A stretch of 32,000 nt of DNA from an uncultured Planctomycetia bacterium (GTDB taxonomy: Bacteria > Omnitrophota > Gorgyraeia > Duberdicusellales > 4484-171): NCBI GenBank assembly GCA_964536865.1, contig CAZHYN010000006.1:1-32000 (forward strand). Direction: 5' to 3'. Below the pieces are notes generated by a model, which worked only from the letters and a program-made list of their open reading frames with translations, was not told the DNA's origin and did no database searches. Positions within the stretch are counted from its first letter, which is position 1. Every line of letters starts with the position of its first letter. A program made the position numbers and the translations under genes. This document shows, in pieces, positions 5,608 to 14,765 of this stretch.

Positions 5608-7396
5608 GGTAGTATTTAACTTGGGAGTAGATAAAGAATTTGATTATTACATCTCTAAAGGTAATGTAGATGTAGGATTTCGTGTGTGGGTGGAGTTTAA
5701 CCGTAAAAGAAGAGTAGGTTTAGTTACAAAAGTAACCTCTACTTCCCTGGTAAGGAATTTGAAGCCCATTTTAGAGGTGATAGATGATTTCCCCACCATC
5801 AGTAAGGAACATCTAAAGTTTGCTAAGCTTTTAAAGAAGCATTATCCTTACTCTTTAGGAGAACTTCTCTTTATGATGGTGCCTCCGTCTCTGCGCAGAA
5901 AGAAGAGGATTTTCTCTGAAGGTTTCCTTAATTCTGTTTTTTTTCGTAAAGAAAGGAGAGAAAAAAATATCTGTTTTATTAGAGGTAGAAATTTTTTAGA
6001 AAGAGTAAAACTGTATAGAGAAAAGATAGAGGAGAAGTTGAAGGAAGGTTCAGTAATTTTATGCGTTCCTACTTTTGAGTATGTAGAGATAGTAAAGAAA
6101 TTTTTAGATAATCACTTTTCTCAAGCACTCGTTATTCTCCATAGTCATCAGAGAGGTAGAAAGTTTCTTTCTTCCTGGGTTGAGGCAAGGAGGGGCAATA
6201 AACTCATTTTGGGTATGAGAGGCACACTTTTTTATTATCCTCTTGACCTTTCCTGCATAATTTTGGATGAGGAAGCAAGTCCTTACTATTTTCATCCTGA
6301 GAAACCTTACTATCATCTTTTTGATATTGCCTATCTTCTCTTTAAATTTAAGAATATAGATTTTATTTTGGGGGGTGATTATCCTACACTTAGTACTTTC
6401 AAGATGATGAAGGAAAGAAGGATATCTTTAAAGGAAGAAGAGAGAAAACTTAAGCAAATAGAGGTGGTGAGGGCAAAAACTTTTAGTTACGCCAAGCACA
6501 AAACAGTTATTAATCCTCTCCTTAAGGAGCTTCTAAGGAAACATGCGGAAGAGAAGAAGCGAATTTTGATTCTTTACAGTAGGAAAGGTTTCGCTTCCTT
6601 TATAAAGTGTTTAAAATGTGGATATATCTATATATGTCCAAAATGCTTTACTCCTTTAAGATATTCTCTTCGAGAAAAGAGAGGTGAGTGTTTATGGTGT
6701 AGTTACAAAGAGAGTTTAACTTCTCTCTGTAAAGTTTGTAATTCGGGATATATAACTACCTCAGGAGTAGGGATAGAGAGGTTAGCTTACCACCTTAGGC
6801 AATCTTTTCCTGAAGTGGATTTATCTTACTCTGAAGAAGTTAATCATTTGGTGAATTTAGCTACCTATTCCATTCTAGATTCACCTTCTTTGATAGGTAA
6901 ACATATTGATGTAGCCTTTGTTTTAGGTAGCGACTGCTTTCTCTCTCGTGTAGATTTTGAAACAACTTTAAGATTGTATATATATTTAAAGAAGTTAGCA
7001 GGGTTAGTAAAAGAGAAAGTTTATGTATTATCTGAAAATCTAGAACATTATCTCTGGGAGTTGGTCAATAAACCTTGGGAGATATTCTATACTAAAGAGG
7101 TAGGTCTGCGTAAAGAAGCTCAACTTCCCCCCTATCGACACCTTGCTAAAATAACTATTCGTGGAAAAAATAGAAATAGACTTTTAGAAAAAGCTAATCA
7201 GCTGTATAATTTACTAAAGGATAGTTCCTTAGAAGTATTCGGACCAGTGCAAGAGTTTCCTCCTAGATTGAGAGGAAAGTTTTATTATTCGGTAATTGCA
7301 AAGTCAAAAAGTAAGTTGATATTAGGAAAGAAAGTGAGAGAGGTCTTAGAAGTGTTCCCTAAGACTAGTTATAAGATAGCGGTATCTTTAAGATGA
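5588..7396 (+). CDS. priA: Primosomal protein N' (PriA) homolog with degenerate helicase motifs
   Basis: The N-terminal 3'-DNA-binding domain pattern is present (FDYYI...GFRVWVEFNRKRRVGLV). There is an eight-Cys zinc module (CLKCG...CPKC...CLWC...CKVCNS). The segment LHSHQ...W...ILGMRGTLF...LDEEA...ILGGDYPTLSTF aligns colinearly with PriA motifs I-III, and the C-terminal domain has QLPPY. It has the conserved position upstream of fmt. See the finding for the motif losses. Confidence 0.8.
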   Translation: MKRRITKVVFNLGVDKEFDYYISKGNVDVGFRVWVEFNRKRRVGLVTKVTSTSLVRNLKPILEVIDDFPTISKEHLKFAKLLKKHYPYSLGELLFMMVPPSLRRKKRIFSEGFLNSVFFRKERREKNICFIRGRNFLERVKLYREKIEEKLKEGSVILCVPTFEYVEIVKKFLDNHFSQALVILHSHQRGRKFLSSWVEARRGNKLILGMRGTLFYYPLDLSCIILDEEASPYYFHPEKPYYHLFDIAYLLFKFKNIDFILGGDYPTLSTFKMMKERRISLKEEERKLKQIEVVRAKTFSYAKHKTVINPLLKELLRKHAEEKKRILILYSRKGFASFIKCLKCGYIYICPKCFTPLRYSLREKRGECLWCSYKESLTSLCKVCNSGYITTSGVGIERLAYHLRQSFPEVDLSYSEEVNHLVNLATYSILDSPSLIGKHIDVAFVLGSDCFLSRVDFETTLRLYIYLKKLAGLVKEKVYVLSENLEHYLWELVNKPWEIFYTKEVGLRKEAQLPPYRHLAKITIRGKNRNRLLEKANQLYNLLKDSSLEVFGPVQEFPPRLRGKFYYSVIAKSKSKLILGKKVREVLEVFPKTSYKIAVSLR

Positions 7397-8322
7397 AAAT
7401 TGTATACTTTGGGAGCTCTCATTTTTCCTCTCGAGTTCTTGAGGGAATTGTTAGAGAAGGCATAAGGCCTGTTTTAGTAGTCACTGTTCCTGATAAGCCT
7501 CAGGGAAGAGGATTAAGAGTGTTACCTAATCCGGTGAAAGAACTCTCTTCGAAGCTGCGTTTAAAAGTTGAGAGTGCTTCCAAATTAGATGATATTGATT
7601 TTCTTGGCAGGTTAAGAGCACTATCCTGTGATTTGTTTTTAGTGGTTAGTTATGGTAGAATCTTGCCGCCTTCATTACTTTCTATTCCTAATAGATTCCC
7701 TTTAGCTTTACATCCTTCTTTACTTCCTCGTTATAGAGGGCCTGCTCCTATCCAATGGGTACTCATTAAAGGAGAAAAGGAGACAGGAGTCAGTATATTT
7801 AAAGTTACTGCAAGAGTAGATAGTGGTCCTATAATTTTACAAAAGAGGGTAGATATAAAGGATGAGGATGACTATTTTTCTCTATCTGATAAGTTGATTA
7901 GTTTAAGTATTCCTGCAGTATGTGAAGCTATAGAACGGATAAATAGCGCTACCTACGAATTAATACCACAAGATGAAGCTGAGGTTAGCTACGCTCCTAA
8001 ATTGAGAAAGAAGGATGGGAGAGTTAATTGGAACAGTTCTGCAGTAACTATAAACAATTCAATAAGAGGATTAAAGGATTGGCCAGGAGTGTATACTTTT
8101 TATAGGGGGCTAAGGCTCAAAATATTAGAGGCTGAACCAAACCTTAGAGATACTAATTACCCTCCTGGTTCTATTGTTGATTTGGATAAAGAAGGAATAT
8201 ATGTAGCTACCTTAGAAGGACTCTTAAAGATAAAGAAATTAAAACCTGAAGGAAAAAAGGAGATGTCTACAAATAGCTTTATATGTGGATATAGACCAAA
8301 AGTGGGGGAACGATTTGAATGA
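7393..8322 (+). CDS. fmt: Methionyl-tRNA formyltransferase
   Basis: MKIVYFGSS...; the catalytic motif region is HPSLLPRYRGPAPIQW. There is a C-terminal OB-like domain. ATGA overlap with the priA stop. Confidence 0.93.
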   Translation: MKIVYFGSSHFSSRVLEGIVREGIRPVLVVTVPDKPQGRGLRVLPNPVKELSSKLRLKVESASKLDDIDFLGRLRALSCDLFLVVSYGRILPPSLLSIPNRFPLALHPSLLPRYRGPAPIQWVLIKGEKETGVSIFKVTARVDSGPIILQKRVDIKDEDDYFSLSDKLISLSIPAVCEAIERINSATYELIPQDEAEVSYAPKLRKKDGRVNWNSSAVTINNSIRGLKDWPGVYTFYRGLRLKILEAEPNLRDTNYPPGSIVDLDKEGIYVATLEGLLKIKKLKPEGKKEMSTNSFICGYRPKVGERFE

Positions 8323-8611
8323 GGCTAAAATAGAGAAGTGTTTACACATTTACTTTGAGGGAAGAGTTCAAGGAGTAGGATTTAGATACACAGCAAGCTA
8401 CTTAGCCAGAAAGTACCAAATAAAAGGGTGGGTAATGAATCTTCCTGACGGAAGAGTTGAACTTATTGGTCAAGGTTATTCTCAACAGTTAGATAAATTT
8501 TTACAGGAACTTAAGAATGAATTTTCGGGGTATATAACTAAAATGAGTCTTCAAAAAATACCTCCTTCATCTGAATTTCACAATTTCCAGATACGCTTCT
8601 ATTCTTACTAG
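8285..8611 (+). CDS. acyP: Acylphosphatase
   Basis: Signature GRVQGVGFRY...GWVMNLPDGRVEL.GQG. The start is uncertain: ATG 8285 has no SD, whereas TTG 8315 has GGGGGA 5 nt upstream and would give a TTGAATGA overlap with the fmt stop. Confidence 0.85.
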   Translation: MDIDQKWGNDLNEAKIEKCLHIYFEGRVQGVGFRYTASYLARKYQIKGWVMNLPDGRVELIGQGYSQQLDKFLQELKNEFSGYITKMSLQKIPPSSEFHNFQIRFYSY

Positions 8612-8616
8612 AGTTT

Positions 8617-9345
8617 ATGAAGTACTTAATATTTTCTGATATACATAGTAATTTAGAAGCTTTAGAGACTGCTTTTTCTTTTTTTGAGAAAAGCTCTATA
8701 GATAAGTTTATCTTCCTAGGAGATGTTGTAGGGTATGGAGCTAATCCTAATGAAGTTATTAAGCTTCTCAGGCGTTTATCTCCCCTGAATTGCTTGGCAG
8801 GTAATCATGATTGGGCAGTAATTGAGAAATTTCCTCTAACTTATTTTAACCCTTTAGCTTATGAAGCCATAACTTGGACAAAGAGAATTTTAACTAAAGA
8901 AAATTTTGGTTTTCTTCATACTTTTCCTCTAATTTATCAAGAGAAAGATTTTGTATGTGTGCACGGAAGTTTATTTGAGCCGGATAATTTTCATTATATA
9001 ATGGATGCAAGAAGCGCTTATTTAAATTTTTCTCTTCAGAATAAAAAGATCTGTTTTATTGGCCATACTCATTGCAGGGAGATTTATATCTTAAAAGAAG
9101 ATAAAATATATTTTTCTAGAGGTGACTATGTGGAATTAGAGGATGATGCTAAATACATATTCAATGTAGGAAGTATAGGCCAACCTCGAGACGGAGACAA
9201 TCGATTATGTTTTTGTATTTACGATGATAAAGAGAAAGTTGTTAAATTTGTGAGATTAGATTACTGTGTAGAAAAGGCTGCAAAGAAAATTTTAAAAGTT
9301 GGCCTTCCTAGTTTCCTCGCTTCCCGATTGTATAGAGGTATGTAG
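8617..9345 (+). CDS. Metallophosphoesterase family protein (calcineurin-like, YfcE/MJ0936-type)
   Basis: Motifs DIHSN, GDVVGYG, GNHD, GHTH and VGSIGQPRDGD occur in canonical order. Confidence 0.75.
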   Translation: MKYLIFSDIHSNLEALETAFSFFEKSSIDKFIFLGDVVGYGANPNEVIKLLRRLSPLNCLAGNHDWAVIEKFPLTYFNPLAYEAITWTKRILTKENFGFLHTFPLIYQEKDFVCVHGSLFEPDNFHYIMDARSAYLNFSLQNKKICFIGHTHCREIYILKEDKIYFSRGDYVELEDDAKYIFNVGSIGQPRDGDNRLCFCIYDDKEKVVKFVRLDYCVEKAAKKILKVGLPSFLASRLYRGM

Positions 9346-9358
9346 AAAGGAGGAGGCT

Positions 9359-11371
9359 ATGGGAAGTTTAGAGAAGATAAAAAAAGAGATAGAGAAATTA
9401 AGAGAGGAAATTCGCTATCACGATTGGCGTTACTATGTTTTGGCAGATCCAGAGGTCTCTGATAAAGCTTACGATGATTTAGTAAGGAGACTTAAAGAGT
9501 TAGAGGAAAAATATCCTCAGTTTATTACACCTGATTCTCCTACCCAGAGAGTTTCGGGAGCAGTATTAGAAGGTTTTCCTACGGTAAAGCACAGAGTGAA
9601 AATGTTATCTTTAGATAATACTTACTCCATAGAAGAGCTAAAAGAATGGGAGGAAAAGATAGAGAGAATTCTAAAGAGAAAAGTTAAATTAGATTACACT
9701 GTAGAGCTGAAGATCGATGGAGTAAGTTGTGCTTTAGTTTATAAGGATGGAAATCTTACTCTTGCAGCTACTCGAGGTGATGGAGAAGTGGGAGAAGACA
9801 TCACCCCTAACGTACGCACAATAAAGTCTGTGCCTTTGAGGTTAATAGGTAAAGATTTTCCCAAGGTTATAGAAGTGAGGGGAGAAATATACATGAATAA
9901 AGTTGATTTTAAGAAGATAAATGAAGAAAGGTTAAAAAGAGGAGAGCCCCCCTTTGCTAACCCCCGGAATGCCACCAGCGGCTCTTTAAAACTTTTGGAT
10001 CCTAAGGAAGTTGGGAAGCGAAATCTTAAATGTTTCATTCACTCCTTTGGCTGGTCCCAGAATTACGCTTTCAACAGTCAATATGAATTTTTAGAAAAAG
10101 TGAAAGAATGGGGATTGCGCACCAATCCTTATAATAAGTACTGTAGAAATCTGGATGAGGTTATAGCTTACTGTAACCAATGGCAGGAGAAGAGAGATAG
10201 TTTAGATTACGAAGTAGATGGAGTGGTAGTGAAAGTCAACTCATTTTCTCTCCAGAGGGGATTGGGGCAAACACTTAAATCTCCTCGTTGGGCAGTAGCT
10301 TATAAATTTCCTGCTCATCAAGCTACTACTACTGTGAAAGATATTATTTTTAGTGTAGGTAGAACAGGGATTATAACTCCTGTAGCAATACTTAATCCTG
10401 TGGAGTGTGGAGGTGTGACTATTTCCCGTTCTACTCTTCATAACTTTGATGAGATAAAAAGACTGGATGTAAGAGTGAAGGATACCGTATTAGTAGAAAG
10501 AGCAGGAGAGGTTATTCCCAAGATTGTTAAGGTGATTACTTCTAAAAGAAAAGGGAAAGAGAGAAAAGTTAAAGTTCCCCAGAGATGTCCTGTATGTGGA
10601 GGGGTAATTTCTAAAGAAAAAGAAGAGGAAGTTTATTTATACTGTATTAATCCTGATTGTCCAGCAAAACTTAAACAATCGCTCCTTCATTTTGCTTCAC
10701 GAGGAGCCATGGATATAGAGGGGATGGGTGATAGTGTAGTGGAGGAGTTAGTTGAAAGAGGAATGGTGAAAAGTCTGGTAGATATATATAAACTCAAAAA
10801 AGAAGATTTCCTTGAGCTTCCTCTATTTGCGGAAAAGAAGGCATTCAATCTCTATCAAGCTATACAGAGGAGCAAGAACCATCCTTTAGCCAGATTCTTA
10901 TATGGTTTAGGAATAAGACATGTGGGAGAGAAGGCAGCTATGGTTTTGGCTCAAAAATTTAGAGAGATTGATAAGTTTTTTACTTTAGGTAAGGCGGATT
11001 TAGAAAGCATTCCCGAGGTAGGTCCGGTTATGGCAGAGAGTGTGATTAAGTTCTTCTCTCAGTCCAAAGTGAAGAAGATGATTAAGGAGTTTAAAGAATT
11101 AGGTTTGAACTTAAAGGAGGAAGCAAAAGTTAAGAAAGATATTTTAAAAGGGAAAACAATTGTTTTTACTGGGGAGTTAAAGAGTTTTACTAGAACAGAA
11201 GCTCAGAGATTAGTAGAGGAGTTAGGAGGCAAGTGGTCTTCTTCAGTGAGTAGAAATACAGACTACTTAGTAGTTGGTGAAAATCCTGGTTCTAAGTATG
11301 AGAAAGGAAAGAAATTAGGAATCAGGATGATTAACGAGGAGGAGTTTAAGCGACTTATAAAGGAAAAATAA
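9359..11371 (+). CDS. ligA: NAD-dependent DNA ligase LigA
   Basis: ATG 9359 is preceded by AAGGAGGAGG; the track start at 9299 is a TTG inside the upstream gene. Adenylation motif ELKIDGVS is present, followed by the OB fold, the Zn finger CPVCG...CINPDCPAK, HhH repeats and a C-terminal BRCT (GKTIVFTGEL...GGKWSSSVS). Confidence 0.97.
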   Translation: MGSLEKIKKEIEKLREEIRYHDWRYYVLADPEVSDKAYDDLVRRLKELEEKYPQFITPDSPTQRVSGAVLEGFPTVKHRVKMLSLDNTYSIEELKEWEEKIERILKRKVKLDYTVELKIDGVSCALVYKDGNLTLAATRGDGEVGEDITPNVRTIKSVPLRLIGKDFPKVIEVRGEIYMNKVDFKKINEERLKRGEPPFANPRNATSGSLKLLDPKEVGKRNLKCFIHSFGWSQNYAFNSQYEFLEKVKEWGLRTNPYNKYCRNLDEVIAYCNQWQEKRDSLDYEVDGVVVKVNSFSLQRGLGQTLKSPRWAVAYKFPAHQATTTVKDIIFSVGRTGIITPVAILNPVECGGVTISRSTLHNFDEIKRLDVRVKDTVLVERAGEVIPKIVKVITSKRKGKERKVKVPQRCPVCGGVISKEKEEEVYLYCINPDCPAKLKQSLLHFASRGAMDIEGMGDSVVEELVERGMVKSLVDIYKLKKEDFLELPLFAEKKAFNLYQAIQRSKNHPLARFLYGLGIRHVGEKAAMVLAQKFREIDKFFTLGKADLESIPEVGPVMAESVIKFFSQSKVKKMIKEFKELGLNLKEEAKVKKDILKGKTIVFTGELKSFTRTEAQRLVEELGGKWSSSVSRNTDYLVVGENPGSKYEKGKKLGIRMINEEEFKRLIKEK

Positions 11372-11409
11372 ATGTTGATTTTAACTTCCTTGATTATAAA
11401 ATAACTTCT

Positions 11410-11958
11410 ATGAAGAGTAGAGTAGTAACTTTACCCCCAACCACAGAAAGCCATCCTTCTCTTTCAAGGAAAGGGCGGGGTAAGCCCGTGGTTTGGGGTT
11501 TACTGATTGTAAGTTTGCTTTTTGGACAGGGCTGTTATACTCTGAGAAAAAAATTTATACGTAAGAAAAAACAGCAAGAGGAACCCACCGTTTATATAGA
11601 TTTTAAGGATTATCCTCAAAAACCTACCAAAGAAGTATACCAAGACTACTATCTTTTTGTGGAAGGATGGTTAGATGAACTTATTCAGTCTTTAGAGGAG
11701 GGAGGTAATCGTAAGAAACAGAAACAGGCAATTAAAGAAGCGATTGTCAATTTTAAACAGATGCTCTATTTTCTCAATGAGGAGGGAAGGAAGCAAGTAG
11801 GTTATCTTTACCAAGAGCTTCTAAAGGCAGAAAAACAGTTAACTTCTCCTTACTTTAATGAGACAAAAGCATCTCAAATAGCAAGGAAAGTAGAATATAT
11901 AAAAAGGGAATTTTCTCGAAAATTACGATGGAGTCAAGCTTCTCTATGGATGGATTAA
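11410..11958 (+). CDS. Hypothetical protein, lipoprotein-like signal sequence, no family recognised
   Basis: 182-aa ORF filling the gap between ligA and the MBL hydrolase. It has a positively charged n-region (RKGRGK), a hydrophobic core VVWGLLIVSLLF and then GQGC (an imperfect lipobox). The remainder is Lys/Glu/Gln-rich and looks helical. Composition is consistent with the neighbouring genes. Confidence 0.55.
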   Translation: MKSRVVTLPPTTESHPSLSRKGRGKPVVWGLLIVSLLFGQGCYTLRKKFIRKKKQQEEPTVYIDFKDYPQKPTKEVYQDYYLFVEGWLDELIQSLEEGGNRKKQKQAIKEAIVNFKQMLYFLNEEGRKQVGYLYQELLKAEKQLTSPYFNETKASQIARKVEYIKREFSRKLRWSQASLWMD

Positions 11959-12578
11959 GAATAAAGAGTTTTACTTTGGGAGATTTCTCTACTAACGCTT
12001 ACTTAGTAATAAATCCTCAGACTAAAAATTGCATCCTTATAGATGCTCCCCAAGGAATAGAGAAAGTCAATAGTTTTTTAAAAAAGAATGGCTATAATCT
12101 TCTCTTTGTGATTCTTACTCACGGTCACATTGACCATATAATGGGTTTAGCCAAATTAAAGTTCCCCTTCTACATTCATCACGAAGATAGAGAATTTTTG
12201 ACCAATCCTGAGTTGAATCTTTCTTCTTTTCTTTCGTCTCCTTTCAGTTTGAAAAAAATACCTCATCTCATAAAGGACAACGATAAACTACTTTTAGATA
12301 CTTATCAATTTCATCTTCTTCACACACCTGGGCATACTCCTGGGTCTATCTGTGTTTTTGTAGATAATTTTCTTTTTAGTGGAGATACACTTTTTTTTGG
12401 TTCTATAGGGAGAGTTGATCTTCCTTATGCATCTTATGATTTAATATTAACTTCAATTAAAAATAGAATTCTCCCTTTAGGATATAAAGTTAAAGTATTT
12501 CCTGGCCATGGGCCCTCTACGGATGTAGAGAGGGAGGCTAAAAATAATCCCTTTTTGAAGGAATGCAGATATACTTAG
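11946..12578 (+). CDS. MBL-fold metallo-hydrolase (glyoxalase II/YcbL-like)
   Basis: Motifs THGHIDH, HTPGHTPGS, GDTLF and PGHG are present. The start is ambiguous between ATG 11928 and ATG 11946. The latter gives the family-typical short N-terminus before RIKSFTLGDFSTNAYLV. Confidence 0.8.
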   Translation: MDGLRIKSFTLGDFSTNAYLVINPQTKNCILIDAPQGIEKVNSFLKKNGYNLLFVILTHGHIDHIMGLAKLKFPFYIHHEDREFLTNPELNLSSFLSSPFSLKKIPHLIKDNDKLLLDTYQFHLLHTPGHTPGSICVFVDNFLFSGDTLFFGSIGRVDLPYASYDLILTSIKNRILPLGYKVKVFPGHGPSTDVEREAKNNPFLKECRYT

Positions 12579-13450
12579 AAGCTTTTCTTGATTATCTGAG
12601 AGTAGAGAAAGGACTTTCTCCTAATTCTATTCTCTCTTATCAGAGAGATTTAGCTAAGTATCTTAATTTTTTAAAAGCGCAAAAGATTGAAGATATTAAA
12701 AAAGTAACCAAAGAAGACATCCTTGATTTTTTATTTTCTCTTAGAGGAAAAGCTTGTTCTTCTACAGTTGCTAGGAATTTATCTTCCATAAAAAATTTTC
12801 ATCGTTTCCTTCTTCGTGAGAAGATCATAAACAACGATCCCTCACATTTAATTGAAACTCCAAAGCTCGAAAAGAAAATTCCTCAAGTATTAAGTTTTGA
12901 TGAGGTAGAAAGAATTATAAAGACTCCTAATCTTAAGAAAGTTCAAGGGGTAAGAGACAGAGCTATTTTAGAGCTTATGTATGCTAGTGGATTAAGAGTT
13001 TCGGAAGTAGCTTCACTGAAAGTGAACGATGTAAATAGGGAAGTGGGATTTTTGAGATGTCGAGGAAAGTCATCTAAAGAGAGAATCGTTCCTCTAGGGA
13101 GTAAGGCTTTAAAGTTTTTAGAGAAGTATCTTAAAGAAGCACGTCCCAAGTTAGCTAAAGGAGGAGGTTCATCCTACCTTTTTTTAGCTCAAGGAGGCAG
13201 ACCATTAACTCGCCAGACCATATGGAAGATGATTAAGGAGCTGGTGAAAAAGGCTGGGATTAAGAAGGGAGTAAGTCCTCATACTTTGAGACATTCCTTT
13301 GCTACTCATCTTATAGAAAGAGGAGCAGACCTAAGGAGCGTACAAGAAATGTTAGGGCACGCTTCTATTACTACCACTCAAATATATACCCATATAAATA
13401 AGTTGAGATTGAAGGAGATTCACTTTCGTTTCCATCCTCGAGCAAAGTAG
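12563..13450 (+). CDS. xerD: Site-specific tyrosine recombinase, XerD/XerC family
   Basis: N-terminal SAM-like domain (FLDYLRVEKGLSPNSILSYQRDL). The catalytic residues are in context: ASGLRVSE, HTLRHSFATHL and LGHASITTTQIYTH. The C-terminal ...RLKEIHFRFHPRAK resembles XerD. Confidence 0.85.
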   Translation: MQIYLEAFLDYLRVEKGLSPNSILSYQRDLAKYLNFLKAQKIEDIKKVTKEDILDFLFSLRGKACSSTVARNLSSIKNFHRFLLREKIINNDPSHLIETPKLEKKIPQVLSFDEVERIIKTPNLKKVQGVRDRAILELMYASGLRVSEVASLKVNDVNREVGFLRCRGKSSKERIVPLGSKALKFLEKYLKEARPKLAKGGGSSYLFLAQGGRPLTRQTIWKMIKELVKKAGIKKGVSPHTLRHSFATHLIERGADLRSVQEMLGHASITTTQIYTHINKLRLKEIHFRFHPRAK

Positions 13451-13462
13451 AAAGGATTTTTT

Positions 13463-14725
13463 ATGGGAATTACATTATTGAAGAAGTTGCCTCTTTCCGT
13501 AAGGAAGTACTTACGTATGTTTTCTTCTTTGGCAGAGGCTTTAAATTATAAGATTTTCTTAGTAGGAGGTATAGTTAGAGATTTATTTTTGGCGAGAGAA
13601 AATCTTGATTTAGATATTGTAGTAGAAGGAGACGCTATAGAGTTTGTTAAGGCCTTATCTAAAAAGTTAAACGCAGAGTTTGTAAAGCATCACTCCTTCG
13701 GTACAGCCACTCTTTATCTTAATAATTTAAAGATAGATTTTGCAACCGCACGGAAAGAGTTTTATCCCTGCTGGGGAGCTCTTCCAAAAGTGGTAGCTTC
13801 TACTATAAGAGAGGACCTTTTTCGAAGAGACTTCACTATAAATGCTATGGCTATGAGTCTTAATAGAGAAAGTTGGGGTGATATTTTGGATTTCTATGGA
13901 GGGGTTAACGATCTTGATAAGGGTTTAATAAGAGTTCTTCATCCTGAAAGTTTCTTACAAGACCCTACCAGAATTTTCCGTGCTATAAGATTTGAGCAGA
14001 GGTTTTCTTTTCGTATGGAGCCCTATACTCTTTCCCTTCTTAAGGAAGCTATCAGATTAGGTGCTCTGAGATGGATAGATGAACATCGTATAAGAGATGA
14101 ACTGATTCTTATTTTAAAAGAACCTACCCCTTATCGCTACATAAGAAGAATTAATCAGTTGGTGGGGTTTTCTTTTATAAATGAAAAGTTGACTCTGAAG
14201 AAGAGTGATTTTTTGTTTCTCATGCGGATCCAAAAGTCCTTACATACCTATAAGAAAAAATTTAAAAAGTATAGAGAGCTCCAGGAGTGGATTATTTATC
14301 TTGCAGGAATTGTGTATAAGCTAAAGGAGGATGCGCTCTTTCAGTTTTTCTTACATTTTGGGTTAAGGAAAGGAGAAAGAAAGATTATTTTATCTATCAA
14401 AGACAATTTTTATAAAGTTCGTGGTTTAAAGAGAGTGAAATCTAAAGTAGGCATTTTTGAAATTTTAAACCCATTAAGTTTTGAGGCAGTAGTATTTTTT
14501 TATGCCTATTTTAGAGATAAGATTATAAGGAAGAAGATATTCATCTTTTTAGAAAAGCTCGCTTATATTCGTTTAAAGCTAAAAGGAGAAGATTTAAAAA
14601 GAGCAGGATACAGAGATAAGACCAATTATGCAAAAATTTTCAAGAGGCTCCTTCATAAGAAAATTGAGAAAAATATTTATACTAAGAGCCAAGAACTTAA
14701 GGAGTTAAAAAGATTATTAACATAA
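13463..14725 (+). CDS. cca: tRNA nucleotidyltransferase (CCA-adding enzyme, class II polymerase-beta superfamily)
   Basis: Motifs LVGGIVRDLFL...NLDLDIVV, RRDFTINAM and FLQDPTRIFRAIRF are present. There is no HD domain. Confidence 0.85.
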   Translation: MGITLLKKLPLSVRKYLRMFSSLAEALNYKIFLVGGIVRDLFLARENLDLDIVVEGDAIEFVKALSKKLNAEFVKHHSFGTATLYLNNLKIDFATARKEFYPCWGALPKVVASTIREDLFRRDFTINAMAMSLNRESWGDILDFYGGVNDLDKGLIRVLHPESFLQDPTRIFRAIRFEQRFSFRMEPYTLSLLKEAIRLGALRWIDEHRIRDELILILKEPTPYRYIRRINQLVGFSFINEKLTLKKSDFLFLMRIQKSLHTYKKKFKKYRELQEWIIYLAGIVYKLKEDALFQFFLHFGLRKGERKIILSIKDNFYKVRGLKRVKSKVGIFEILNPLSFEAVVFFYAYFRDKIIRKKIFIFLEKLAYIRLKLKGEDLKRAGYRDKTNYAKIFKRLLHKKIEKNIYTKSQELKELKRLLT

Positions 14726-14727
14726 TA

Positions 14728-14756
14728 TTGATAACTATAAGAATCTAAGGTATAAT
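14728..14756 (+). promoter_or_regulatory. Near-consensus sigma70 promoter (TTGATA, 17-nt spacer, TATAAT) immediately upstream of the DUF503 gene
   Basis: TTGATA at 14728-14733, an exact 17-nt spacer and a perfect TATAAT at 14751-14756. Only 9 nt (TCCTTTTCT, no SD) separate the -10 from ATG 14766. Confidence 0.5.
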
Positions 14757-14765
14757 TCCTTTTCT

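Noticed and set aside
9299-9358. TTG-initiated 5' extension of ligA, and similar track extensions at 4486, 22855 and 25267
   Set aside because: The extensions overlap the upstream genes and add non-conserved residues. They are superseded by internal ATGs that have a strong SD (ligA) or a stereotyped 4/8-nt stop-start overlap and that match family-typical N-termini.
12563-13450. Tyrosine recombinase as the integrase of a mobile element or genomic island
   Set aside because: It has an XerD-like N- and C-terminus and overlaps its upstream housekeeping gene. It has no flanking direct repeats, no tRNA-adjacent att site, and no phage or transposon genes. It is consistent with the chromosomal dimer-resolution recombinase.
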